A stretch of DNA of 64,000 nucleotides. Origin: Nemertoderma westbladi (Eukaryota; Animalia; Xenacoelomorpha). The first letter of the stretch is position 1; the number at the start of each line of letters is the position of its first letter. Shown here piece after piece: positions 25,685 to 37,565 of this stretch. The notes beneath the pieces are model-generated. The model was not told the DNA's origin. It searched no databases and saw only the letters and a program-made list of their open reading frames with translations. Made by a program: the position numbers and the translations under genes. The stretch covers positions 76,933-140,932 of the forward strand of contig JAUCBJ010007477.1 of the NCBI GenBank assembly GCA_032718475.1, read 5' to 3'.

Positions 25685-26089
25685 CTAATTATATTTTACA
25701 TCCAAAAACCCTCCACCAAACAACAATAAATTATTAACCAGTTTGTTGAATATAGGATAATATATATGAAATTTAAACGGAGAACACATTAATGTATATT
25801 TACTGGTATAGAAACAGCAAACAACAACAATATTATTTAATCTGACTTTACAGTTATTGAATATTTCTGGCTCGTATGAAATTTCTAGTTTGACATTATC
25901 AAATATAACATAAAACCCGATATTGTTTATAAGTAACCTATAGATTACAGTGTCAATACTAAAAATATAAGCACATAAATTAATAGATTTAAAAATCAAA
26001 TTAATGTTTGTTTTTTCAAATATATGCTTTTTAACTTTATTAAAATTATATTTTCTACCAAGAATTGTTATTCGTCCATTTGTAAACAT
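25685..26089 (-). pseudogene. Second, divergent TBP-like gene (5' truncated)
   Basis: MFTNGRITILG, SYEPEIFNN and CFYTSK align with 62609-63169; the upstream part is replaced by (TAAT)n and TIR sequence. Confidence 0.65.
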
Positions 26090-27011
26090 TAATAATTAAT
26101 TAATTAATTAATTAATTAATTCGTGTCTACTGCTTGGCGTTTGACCTTGAAAAGTAGGTGGGTTGCAGACATTAATTTGTGTCTACTGGTTGGTGTTTGA
26201 CCTTGAACCGCAATAGGTAAAACCCAATATAGTAAGTGGGTTGCAGACGTTTGTTATAAAGACTTTAATATGATAGACTATGACAGATGCAACATCTAAA
26301 GAAGGTGAATAAACACCAACTAACGACAGCCACCAATATTAAAATTCTACAGTTATTGCTAAGCAACTAGTTGTGGGGCGAGTAGTAGGAGAAGAAGTGT
26401 CCTCACCATAGTCCTCCCTAGCTTGGGCTATGGGCTACTTCTCGGAGGGCTATTAAAAAATGCCAAATTCCGGTGCTAAATTGCGGTGCATGCCATATGT
26501 CACCATCGGCAGTTGCCATCAACCAATCGTAGCGTAGCCTTACTCGACTAACTGACTGCTGTTACCTACTAACTAACCCTAATGTTATTCCCCTTTTCGC
26601 CACGCTACCACCACCACCACCACCACCACCACTGTATACTGTATATGGTGACGACAATGACGACGTAGCCATCTACACGCACCACGCATATACCCTCCCT
26701 CGATATTATATATTATATTATATCGATTGCCAACTCAACGATTTACCTACCGCCAGCTAGAGCTACTCCTCGACTGCTGTCGCCAAACCAACAAACCAAC
26801 CAACCAGCCAGTATGATACATGAAATTCCATCACGTTCCCGCTATGCGTATACGTACATTAGTGATTATTATTATTATTACGCAGAACCAAATAATTTTT
26901 AATTATACTGTATTTCCCTACCGGCTAATCAACCAATCAATAAACCGAATTTAGGCTAATAACTCGGTTATACAGTAGTAGTAATGGTTTACCCTATTTC
27001 TGCGACAATTG

Positions 27012-27156
27012 GACCTACTTCACACCTTGGGTGTTAAGTAGGTCATTAATTAATTAACCAATTAATTAATTGGTCGATTAAACAATTAATTAATTGTTTA
27101 ATCAATCGATTTGTATCAAATAATGTTGCCAAAGGCAATTTAATTTGATACAAATC
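27012..27156. other. Four consecutive hairpins/palindromes
   Basis: Stems at 27012-27044, 27057-27074, 27076-27103 and 27108-27156. Confidence 0.8.
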
Positions 27157-27500
27157 AATCAGATAGGGACGCGCGATGAATAAATTGTACTACAGCAAAC
27201 GAAATATACAATACAATATACAATACATTTGTATTATTTTTGCCATACAATAGGTAAAGGTAGAATTAAATAAAAAGACACAATCGAGACCCAAAACATA
27301 AATTACCCTCACACAAAAATAAAGTGGCCCCAGTTTGACTAATCCCTTTGAATCCATAGCTTCGTTATTACATCAATTCATCCAAGAAATTAGAATAATC
27401 ATCTACTCTTGCAATAGTTTGTATTCTTTTGCGTTATACTTATGAAGCAGTCCACGCGCATATTAACTCAAAGACAAACCCCTACCCAAACACCATGTGA

Positions 27501-27800
27501 TCAATCCCACACCTCTTCTCCCCACGCCATTGAACATTCTCCCTTCTTCTCTTCTTTCTCTTCTTTTTTCTCTTCTTTTTTCTGTTCTTTTATTATATGA
27601 AAAATTGAGTTCCTGGACCTATATTCGCAAAACCGCAAATGGTGATCCTTTTCAGCTTCTCTAAAGCTGTGTGCGGCTTGAAAAGGACACTGAACCATTT
27701 TTTGATTCGAAAAGTTCTTACGACATTTTCTTAAATGCGTAACATATTTTTCTGAATGAATTCTGTGCGTGGCATCATAAGGACATATGAAATATTCCAT
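27501..27800 (-). CDS. GTSF1: GTSF1/Asterix-like tandem CHHC (U11-48K-type) zinc-finger protein
   Basis: CPYDATH-x9-H-LRK-C and CPFQAAH-x9-H-LRF-C are both exact C-x5-H-x9-H-x3-C. The RKN linker is as in GTSF1. Ends WGEEVWD; intronless. Confidence 0.88.
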   Translation of the reverse strand: MEYFICPYDATHRIHSEKYVTHLRKCRKNFSNQKMVQCPFQAAHSFREAEKDHHLRFCEYRSRNSIFHIIKEQKKEEKKEEKEEKKGECSMAWGEEVWD

Positions 27801-28106
27801 AGTAACAAAAGACAAAAAACAAAATTTATTGAGATATACTTTTTAAAAAACTTTTAAAAACCTCACTTAATATTTTTAGAGATAATGATCTAACTTTACA
27901 TGGTTTTATTTATATAGAAAGGTCCACCTTAACATTTCAAACAGAACCATAGTTTTTGGTATGGCATGCGTGAAGGATTAAGCATCCCATGGAATCCCTT
28001 GTTGAGTTATACTCTACAATGAAATATAAAGACGCAATCGAGGCCCAAAACATAAATTACCCTCACACGAAAATAAAGTGGCCCCAGTTTGGCCCCGAGT
28101 CATCCC

Positions 28107-28358
28107 TCAATAATCTATGGCTGGTTGGGCTCTTATTAACCGTAGCATGACTAACCCAAACATCAATGCGTGAATGGGGCCTGCGTGAATGGGGCCTGCC
28201 ACAGAGCTTAAATTATTCAAACCCACAGCTTCGTTATTACACCAATTCATCCAAGAAATTAGAATAAACATCTGCTCTTGCAATAGATTGCATTCTTTCG
28301 CATTGTATTGCGAAGCAGTCCACGCATGCATTAGCTCAACAACAAAGGCAATATCCAA
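28107..28358 (-). CDS. Small hypothetical accessory protein; degraded paralog at ~27275-27490
   Basis: 83 aa ATG ORF whose sequence and 3' flank are duplicated on the other side of the GTSF1-like gene. Confidence 0.4.
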   Translation of the reverse strand: MDIAFVVELMHAWTASQYNAKECNLLQEQMFILISWMNWCNNEAVGLNNLSSVAGPIHAGPIHALMFGLVMLRLIRAQPAIDY

Positions 28359-28990
28359 ACGCCATATGTCAAATTAATTCCCAACCATCTCTTTACTACA
28401 GTGGATACTGCAGTTTTTTGTTTGAAGTAATTTCAGAGATGCTCTAGTATAACATTAATTAACATACCCATTCATTCATTACACACACTTTTCTCCAACG
28501 CACCCCCCGCTTCTCAATTCATCCCATTTCCCAACCTAACTAATGTTTTACATTTAATTAACCCAATGAAATGTGTTTATTATTCCCTCAATCCAATAGC
28601 GCGTCTCTCTCTCTCTCTCTTTTTATTTCTATTGGTTCCCACAAGCTTCACTTTTATTTTCATTGGTTATCCTTTCCCTTATAAACCCCCACCCTTCGCT
28701 TCGAACTTTACTTACAAAAATATTATTGACAATTTTACTTTTTATTTAAAGTTATAATACATTTATTGTTATACATAATATTATATTTTCTTCAAGATTG
28801 TTATACGTAATACATTTATTGTTATACATAATATATTGTTGCAAACATCATCAATCTGCAGGTAAGAACAATAAATTTGTGTTTTTATGAATTCGTTTAG
28901 TTTTAACATTATTACCTCAAAATAAATATCAACCCCGCGAAACCTGCCCAAACTTATTATTATTATTTAGTTTTTTATTTTATAGCAAAC

Positions 28991-30760
28991 ATGCCTAGAT
29001 CATCAACATTCGTTGACTGTCCTGTCTGCAATAAGAACATGCGCAGTGACAATCTCAACAAACATCTCGCATCTCATTTTAAACAATATTCATGCGATTG
29101 TTGTGGCACCTGGTCCTCCGATAAGAAAACTATGGTTAGCCATCTAGCGCTATGTACGCAAGGTGGGACTGGGTTCAGATTTATCAACGAAGAAAACACT
29201 TGCAAGTGTGGCGAATCATTCACTCTATCAGCCTTTAAAGAACACGATTGCTATACGCGTCTCTTCTCTCGGAAACGCAAACAATCTCAAACGCCCTTGT
29301 CACCACCACCACCACCTCCACCACCAAACATTCAATCTCCTAGGGTTGGCCCTTCTACTTCAAGACAACAGACTGGAGGTTCGACCAACAACCCATTTTT
29401 ACCATCAGTGAATAGCTCATCCCACAACCGCTTATTTACATATACAAACACGTTACTTACACCACAATTAGATGTAGAGTTAACACTTAGAGAAAATGAA
29501 AGTTATATTTGGGATAGAGTGAGTCAACATTTTAATAATGAATTTAATTTTATAAAAGTTTGGTTAACTATTTCTATCTTAATGGAAAGGGAGACATCTG
29601 AGGGTACTCAATTAGAAACCTTCTGTTTCAAATCAAACGCTTCAAATAATCAAATAACTTCTAATTTAGATTTTGAAAACTGGTTTTCGCAAACTATCGA
29701 ACGAATAGATGAATTAATAGCAGTCTTTGTTTGCATGGGCAGTGGTTGGAATATTGTTTCAATTAAAGAAATCAATTTACAAATTTCTACCTTCAATCGC
29801 AACCCCTATTTAAAAGGACACGGTGGTGGTTATATTCCTAAAATTTTAGCAAAGAAGAAGTGCATTATTAACTTAGATTGTCCCATCGGGGAATGTTTTA
29901 AGTACGCAGTAGTTGCTGCTGCTTGTTATAAAAAAATTGAAAGAAAGAAACAAAACATTAGTCGATTGTCAACATATACCCCATAATGTCCATGTTTGAT
30001 TTCAGTACGATGAGTTTCCCAGTAGATAGAGTAGTAGGCATCCCACGTTTTTTAGAAACCAACCCTTTGTACTGCATTAATTTATTATTTTGGAGTACTG
30101 ATAACACATTGAGCATTCTATCACAACCAGATTCAGAACATTGCTTCCAAAAAACTGTTTTAAATTTAATGTTTATAGAAGGTAATCAAAACAATCCAGG
30201 ACATTACTGCGCAATTGTCAACTTAAATAGACTTATTAAAAAATCAGGACAAAAGAACAAATCAATTTGTGAGCGTTGTCTGAGAGCTTTTTATACTATT
30301 AACTCATTGCAAACTCACCGAGAACTATGTTACTCGAGCAAACGACAATTGGAACAAATGCCTACACCAGATAAATTAAAAATTAAATTCAATCGATTAG
30401 ATAAAACATTATCCCCTCCCTTTTGCATATATGCCGATATTGAAAGCGTTTTAGAACCTACATCAAACCCTAAATTAGTTCAAAAGCACATTGCTAGCGC
30501 CGCCGCATTTTATACAGTACCAAATCGCGAGCTAATAAATCCCCCACAAACATCATTACAAATGTTTAGAGACACTGGAACAAACCATGTTATAGACGAT
30601 TTTCTCACTGCCCTCGAATCACACTGTAGGGAATTATACGAGTGGACTATTTCTGGTACAAACACCAATGTTCCTAAACATTTGACTCGAGCACAGCAAC
30701 AAAATTTTGATAATGCTACAAACTGTTACACTTGTAACTGTTCTCTAACCCCCGATTCAC
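28991..30760 (+). pseudogene. pPolB of a second Polinton family, 5' half (frameshift ~29985, truncated)
   Basis: N-terminal Zn fingers, GSGW, IIN..ECFKYAV, HY..I.NLNRL, CERCL and IYADIE; homologous to but divergent from 10035-11954. Confidence 0.85.
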
Positions 30761-31354
30761 ATGGACCCCCCCCCCCCCGCTGTCCCCTCACCGAAAGTTT
30801 GGGGCACCCTGCCGGAAACAGGTACTTGTTGGATGGGGTCGTCTGCTTCTGGATTTGGCTTTGCTTCGCTTCGTAGCTCTTGCCGCCGTCTCACCCACAA
30901 TAAAGTTGCGGCAATCTTCGAGGTTGATTTATCACCGCCTGTAGCCATTATGTCGATATGTTTTAGTTTATTTAGATAGTTTATAATTTAATAATTTAAT
31001 TAATAAAGTGATGCCGTTATCACTATTCCCGATGTTAATATAGTAAATTATTATAACAGAACTAGCTAATTTGGTAAGGCTAATTATCTATGCTTTGTAT
31101 ATGGCTTATTTCTTCTTTTGTGAAACCGGTCACATATGTAAGTAAATTGAACCCAGACCTTTGATTGTCGTTAGAGCGTTTAATTATTGTCTAATGCGCG
31201 TAGCGTGGATAGAGATTCTGGCCTTTGTGATTCTGGCCTCTGAGCCTTCACGCAGCACGAAGTAAGCAAGCATTTAGCATGTAGGTACTATTGTTGAATT
31301 TGTTGATTTTATTTATTAATGTTATTATATTAATTGTCGAAATTATTACTTACA

Positions 31355-31630
31355 TTAATTTTCGGTTGGAGGTGGCGTATGCGTTTCATCGATCATCCGT
31401 GGTGGGCACACGCACATCGGTCGTCCCCCGGCGATCGGCAAGACGATCGCCGGGCGTGCCGGGACCAAATCATCTTTATACCACCAGTTTACCTCCGGCG
31501 AGTGCATCGCCCGCACCCTTTGTGCCCACATAACTCTGATTAGATTCATCCTGTTCAATTTTTTAAATGTTGAAGGATGATGCACGAAGGGTTGAACAAC
31601 TAACGTTGGTTTCTTACCGCCTTCAGCCAT
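31355..31630 (-). CDS. Small subterminal accessory protein (CxCP...TPPPTEN family)
   Basis: Paralog of 52958-53239 with the reading frame conserved despite divergence. Confidence 0.55.
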   Translation of the reverse strand: MAEGGKKPTLVVQPFVHHPSTFKKLNRMNLIRVMWAQRVRAMHSPEVNWWYKDDLVPARPAIVLPIAGGRPMCVCPPRMIDETHTPPPTEN

Positions 31631-32023
31631 TGAAATTGAAATTAATAAATTAAGAATAATATTATAATTTAAATATTAAAGTGATTTTGGTATAGCTATT
31701 CCCAATGTTAATATAGTAAACTATTATAACAGAACTAGCTAATTTTGGTAAGGCTAATTATCTATGCTTCGTATCTATATATGGCTTATTTCTTTTGTGA
31801 AACCGGTCACATATGTGAGTAAATTGAACCCAGACCTTTGATTGTCGTTAGAGCGTTTAATTATTGTCTAATGCGCGTAGCGTGGATAGAGATTCTGGCC
31901 TTTGTGTTAACCACATAGGTTGGGCGGCAGATGCTTGGTATATAATGGAAAGAATTGGGCCCCCAATATGGCTATGTCTGATTATTCCGGTTTTACTGGT
32001 GCCCACACGCTAAAGACTTCACC

Positions 32024-32278
32024 TCACTTGTTGCCGCGTGAAGGTTTCAGCGATTGACGATGAAAATTAAAAAAATTAAAAAAAGAATAGTGCTGCGTGA
32101 AGACCCCACCCACGTCACTTACCACGTCCCATATATTTATTAAAAATATTGCTAATACTATACACCCAAGAAATAAATATTTATTATTAATATTAATGCT
32201 AATAATATTTTCACACACCGCAATTGAATATACCCATAACCGAAATAAATAAATTATTTTATTAATGAAAGTGTCCAC
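32024..32278 (-). CDS. Small putative membrane protein overlapping the protease 3' end
   Basis: Two hydrophobic stretches; copies at 53604-53885 and ~43114-43464. Confidence 0.4.
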   Translation of the reverse strand: MDTFINKIIYLFRLWVYSIAVCENIISININNKYLFLGCIVLAIFLINIWDVVSDVGGVFTQHYSFFNFFNFHRQSLKPSRGNK

Positions 32279-32693
32279 AGTAATAACAATAAATCATTGT
32301 ACCGCAAATTAGAGGTGAATATATTCATTGCTCCGGGATTTTTCGGCACCTCGGTTAGATAATACAGACAAAATAGACCACACTGAGTCGAATGTGGCGC
32401 TTGAAACATTTTACAATTCCAAGTATGCCTTTGGGTATATTTATGCAACCAATAGGATATTTTCGGTGGTGGGGCTTTACCAAACGAATCTAAATAATAA
32501 GCAATTCTGTTAACCACGCGTACGCAAGACCAGTGTTGCCCCGGTAGGCCTATACGTTGATTATTAATAATAAATGAATAATTTTGTTTATGCTTATTTT
32601 TTTTTACGTGTATTAGGTGTAATTGGTCGATTGCGTAAACACCGATGTATTCGGGCCCCACCGGGAATTTCGCTAATTGTATAGATCCAACAT
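32254..32693 (-). pseudogene. Adenain-like cysteine protease (5' frameshift)
   Basis: GQHW, YLDSFG, Q..STQCGLFC. Confidence 0.85.
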
Positions 32694-32787
32694 CTCAGCG
32701 TGCGCGTATCATTAAAAGTTTAAGATAATTTTTCTAATTCCATAGGCGGTGCGGCTTCGCTTACATTGTACTATGCGAGATCTTTAT

Positions 32788-34045
32788 TTATTCGGTTATT
32801 ATTTCCTTGGCTTCCGAAATAGATAGAAGAGCGTCATAGCTTGCCATTAATATAACGTTAATAGTGTTAACTAGGGCATAACTAAATTTCAGAATCAAAT
32901 GCCCGCTTGTATGTATACTAGGTTGAATCTCATGGCTTTGATCGCCTCCAGCGGTAAGATCTAATACAATCAAAGGAAATTGGGTACAAAACCGTTCTGG
33001 TGTTAGTGAGCAAAATACGCTGCTCAAGCTCTTGAACACGTTCATTAAACTTTCGAATTCTAACATAAAATTGTTTTCCGGAAAGTTAGGGCGATATGGA
33101 TACCCATGTATAATACGGGAGTCGATGTTTAGTTCAGCATAATTTAAACCGAAATGGTTAAAATGTAGCGGATTACTGCTTAATTCCCCGTTGAAGCTGG
33201 CGTTGGTAAGCCTTCCAATCAAAATATACTTAGGTAATTTCCCTTGGATTATGTTCGATTCCATATAACTGGACTGTCCGCCACCAATAGTGAAGCTTTT
33301 CACTTTTTGTTTTAACAAGTTATAAATAAAGTCATTTTTTTGTGACCCCAACAAATGCGCGCGCATAACCTCGGCATCAATCCTGTGGCGTTTTTTTTTT
33401 TTAAATTAATATTCATGATTTCAACTCTTGGGTTTGCCAAGCTTGCGGAGGGTTCAACTTTCAAAAAAAAATTATTCGATACTCGGTCTATACGAAGTCG
33501 AATGTTAATTCCTGGCGGCAGTAATTTGTCCTGACTTGTTAGGTCTAAAAAATTTGGGGCCACAACGAATTTAACATAATTCCCCCGAACGCCGTTCCCA
33601 TTAGCGACAGGTACCCCGCCTAGATTATTATCTGTATCTTCATAACCGCCAGCTCTTAAAATACCGCTTTTTTCGTTAGCATCTGTCAACAGTAATGTCT
33701 GAAACGTAGACTTATAGGCGTAGAACCCATTCGAGGTTTCAACTAGCTTTTCATTTAGGTACAACGAACAATTCTCAAACAGCGATCCACCCGGGTAATT
33801 GAGATGGTGGAGGGTTGTATCGTCGTTAGCCCTATCACCATCCCATGTAATTTTATATTTAATGTGAAATTTCGAATTCTTTAAATCAGTATATAGAACA
33901 TTTATTTGACTGGGGTATTAAGAACTCTATTTGCCTGGCATTCGCGTCAAGAGTAGAAATCAGGTAGATATCCAATAAATGTGAAGATGTATATTCTTGC
34001 TGATTTGTTTTACTCGAGAATAATGATAATTCTAATTTACACATT
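32788..34045 (-). pseudogene. Major capsid protein (PY/hexon-like), frameshifted
   Basis: Fragments match 54332-55582. Confidence 0.88.
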
Positions 34046-34051
34046 GTTAAG

Positions 34052-34573
34052 TTACATGAAAATATCACGACATTTATTATTTAGATTTTTACGTTTGCGG
34101 GCAACGTTCATACCCACACTTGGGTGTCGCCGTTTCCCGCTCCTCTTTTTTTTTACTTTTTGGGTTTGTAAATTCACCCGTTGGGCGATTTGGCGTGTCT
34201 TTGGATGAGGTTCTAACCGCGCAGCGACTTTATTTATCAAATCATCTGATTTAATGCGTAAAATACGTTTTCCTTCCGGTATTATGTATTTCTGCGCCGC
34301 TTTTGCTGCTTTGGGGAGTGCTTTAGTTAGCACCTTTCTCCCTAACTTGCGCACTAATATACCGAGGCCAGTTGTTAATATTCCACGCCCACGCTGACGA
34401 TTTTGGGCGTGTCGCTGGCTGAATTTATTATTCTTATTATTCCATACACCAGTAGAAGGGCCAAACCCGGGGAGAATGCTTCCAACCTTAAAAACGGGTA
34501 TATCGCTATAATTCCCACTTCCCAGTTGGATTTGTGGGGTGCTATATAATTTAAACAAATTAGAATCTGACAT
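34052..34573 (-). CDS. Basic core protein-like (QRGRG, 'Cupiennin'-like)
   Basis: Paralog of 55592-56119. Confidence 0.65.
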   Translation of the reverse strand: MSDSNLFKLYSTPQIQLGSGNYSDIPVFKVGSILPGFGPSTGVWNNKNNKFSQRHAQNRQRGRGILTTGLGILVRKLGRKVLTKALPKAAKAAQKYIIPEGKRILRIKSDDLINKVAARLEPHPKTRQIAQRVNLQTQKVKKKRSGKRRHPSVGMNVARKRKNLNNKCRDIFM

Positions 34574-34804
34574 TATTATTATGAGTATTTATTATAACGT
34601 ATAATAATAATTCTTTACTACATACGTATATGTGTAATCAACAAATAATATATGTACCACATAATAATACAATATAATTAATAAATATATATACATTAAT
34701 TTGATGACAACCATTTCCCATAACCAACTGCGAGTTTCATAGAACAGTAATTAAAACAAGAATCTTTATCAGAATGGTAGGCACAATTTGTTATTGCCGA
34801 ATAA

Positions 34805-35235
34805 TGTATGTTTCTGTGCCAGGTATATTGGCATTTGCCATATGAAGGTTGGTGTAAGAAACTCCGCCCCTAATGGAATTTTCGAATGTTAAATACATTT
34901 CATGGTCTGCAAGTAGACGAATATGTGACTTGGAAAATCTCAAAGCCGCGTCCCAACTAACCCTCGCCATCGTGTAATAGTTCGAAACCTCAAGCGAATA
35001 ATGTTTAGTACAATAAGCATGAAAATTTTCAAAAATATCGGCTAGCAGCAACACGGCAAGATGTAAGTAAGCTTCCAAATAATCAAAAAGTGTCTCACAT
35101 TCAAATTGTTCCCACGAAAGATGAGCAAATGTATATTCTTCAGGGCTAATAGATGATAATGTTAATTCGCTGTAAAACTCTTTTGGAAGCGGTAATTTAG
35201 TATGGCCCAATTTACTTAAGGAATCGACATATTCG
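34805..35235 (-). pseudogene. pPolB internal fragment
   Basis: Matches 5680-5780 plus 9344-9665 without the foldback insertion; cut at 35236 by another terminus. Confidence 0.85.
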
Positions 35236-36760
35236 AGTAGTATGGGTATAGCCTTCTTTGGCCCATTGTCTGCCATAGCCCATCATTGATGTCAATCATT
35301 GAATGCCTGCGTGTGTATGCCATAGCCCATCATTGATGTCAATCATCTAATGCCTGCGTATTGACGACTATTACCTACCAATAGGAACGCAGGAATAATC
35401 ACAGTTTAACCAATAGGAATGTAGGAATGTAGGAATGTGATGGCGGCAATATCCTACATTCCATTCCCGGTCATTGACCTCAACAGATTTAGCGCTTCCT
35501 TACTCGAATGCTTGCATGTGTCTGCCATACTTTATATCATAGATATCAATCATTGAATGCCTGCGTATTGACAACTATTATCAACCAATAGGAATGCTTA
35601 CAGTTAAAGAATGTAGGAATAAATCACAGTTTAACCAATAGGAATGTAGGAATATGATAGCAGTAAAATCCTACATTGAACAGTTTAATCAATTAGTAAG
35701 TCGTAGGACTTGATTACTGTAAGAATTGTTGACTGATTGATTGATTGACTGGCTGGCTGGCTGGCTGATCTACAGCTAAAACTACTCTAACGATTTTGTA
35801 GGAATGTTTGTAGATCTCTCATTCTATCCCCAATTATTACCCTCAATTGATTTACTGATTCTTCTCAATAGTGGGCTATGGCAGACACTGTAATTGATAT
35901 GTTATTGACTTTTAATTAACTTGTAATTGATATGTTATTGACATTTTAATTAACTTATCTTTTCTGCTAGGTGAGTAGTACAGAACCTCGAGTATAATAT
36001 AATATAATTTATTGAGTAATAAATTAATTCTAATTATTTTTTCGCTGAGGGGAGGATTTCGTACAGCACAAGTGCTACGTAACTGTAATAGAATAACAAT
36101 AACCCTGTTGATTAGAGCCAGTCTTTTATTACATAATAATATAATAATAATAATACAGAACTAACAACTACTATTTGTTTTACAGTTAAACAGTTTTACA
36201 GAATCACCATCCACCAATATTTAATGCCAAATCAAATTGTCTATATGTTGTTGTAGATGGATGATGCAGTGGTTCCTTCTCGATGATGGAGTTGTTATCT
36301 TAACCTATATAATTCAACAAAGTTTAAAGTTTTACTTTGTGTCTCTGATGAAGTCTATTTTATTAAATTATTTATATTTATACAGTATTTATATATTAAA
36401 AACGGATATGGAGAGGGAGTGTGTTATTGAAACAGTTGTCAATTATTGTTTTACTTACCTTCTGTATATGTAATTATACTGAGTATTGTAAAACTAAAGA
36501 TGTCATACTTAACTTAAATAGCCCTAGTTAGAAGGTTTACAAATGACAGTTAAAGTGTGTAAGGGCAAACTGAAATGGATCTCTGTTTCTACAACTAGTT
36601 TACTAGCATCGCCTTCACTCATACATTTTTGGGAAACACTCATACATTTTTGGGAAAGACGGTTTTCTTATATCTAACAGAGATTAGTATAATGTACTCT
36701 CTAATATAGGCTCTCGTGCCGCGCGAAGGCCCCACGAATGTGTTTTATTTACCGTGTTAA

Positions 36761-37134
36761 TCAGTCCCACGCTTCTTCTGGCCATTCCATTCTTTTTTCG
36801 TCTTTCTTTTCCTCTTCTTTCATTGCACCTTTTTCATAAATTGATTTACCATTTCTGTATTGACAGTATCTCAAATGATGCTCTTGTTCCGCTTCAGCAA
36901 AGAAGTGTGAGTCAATATTTGGACATTGAATAATTTTCTGATATGGCTGATTTTTTCGACATTTTCTTATATGTCTGACGAATCTGTCCCCATGGATCAG
37001 CTCTCGATCAACCTTATCAAGCCGGCACAGCATTCTTAAAAATGCAGCTGCAATGCAGCATGCCGATCCTAGTAGTAGTCCCCATGGATCCTATGGCAAG
37101 GGTCATATGGACAGACGATGTATTCGTTATCCAT
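36761..37134 (-). pseudogene. GTSF1: Second GTSF1/Asterix-like gene, interrupted by a short RTE insertion
   Basis: Removing the insert and one TSD copy gives MDNEYIVCPYDPCHRIHGDRFVRHIRKCRKN..CPNIDSHFFAEAEQEHHLRYC..WPEEAWD. Confidence 0.85.
36999..37077 (+). mobile_element. 5'-truncated RTE retroposon with 13-bp TSD
   Basis: Matches ~203-260 including the TAGTAGTA tail; GTCCCCATGGATC at 36986-36998 and 37078-37090. Confidence 0.85.
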
Positions 37135-37565
37135 TATATTATTATTATTAAAATGTTAACTAATTAATTAATAAAATTAGACTGTAAAAATTAGACTAAA
37201 ATTTCTAATACTGTAAATGTATCGATAAGTTGTTAACAGCAAAACTAAAAGGAACTAATATTTTAATATACCTTTTTTGTATAAATTAATTATGCACACA
37301 TCTGACGGTTGTATTCATTATAACCATAATTAACCATGAATAGTTCGTTCACCACCCCAATATAGAAGATGGCACATTTTTCCCAAGTTAATTGCGGAAA
37401 CACGCGTGAGGAGCGATGGTTGATATAGCTCGAGTAGATCTGATGCTTTAAGTTATAACTAATTAGTCACACACACACATGTTATATGTAATTTTTGTTA
37501 AGATTTACACTGCTCGGTTGAATGAATTTATATTAACTAGCGGTGGGGCATGACTCATATATTGA

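Larger units (their letters stand above)
26381..30760 (+). mobile_element. Type-2 Polinton arm: TIR, hairpin array, GTSF1-like gene, pPolB 5' half
   Basis: Begins AGTAGTAGGAGAAG inside a type-1 subterminal repeat. The first ~0.6 kb recurs inverted at 46980-47603 and diverged at 48416. Confidence 0.8.
30761..35235 (-). mobile_element. Degraded Polinton segment (small ORFs, protease, MCP, core protein, exonuclease 3' end, pPolB fragment)
   Basis: Collinear with 52940-56490, then joined to pPolB sequence. Confidence 0.85.

Noticed and set aside
27501-27800. Host GTSF1 locus
   Set aside because: Intronless, truncated right after the Trp motif, and located between a Polinton terminus and pPolB; a second divergent copy sits in an equivalent viral position.
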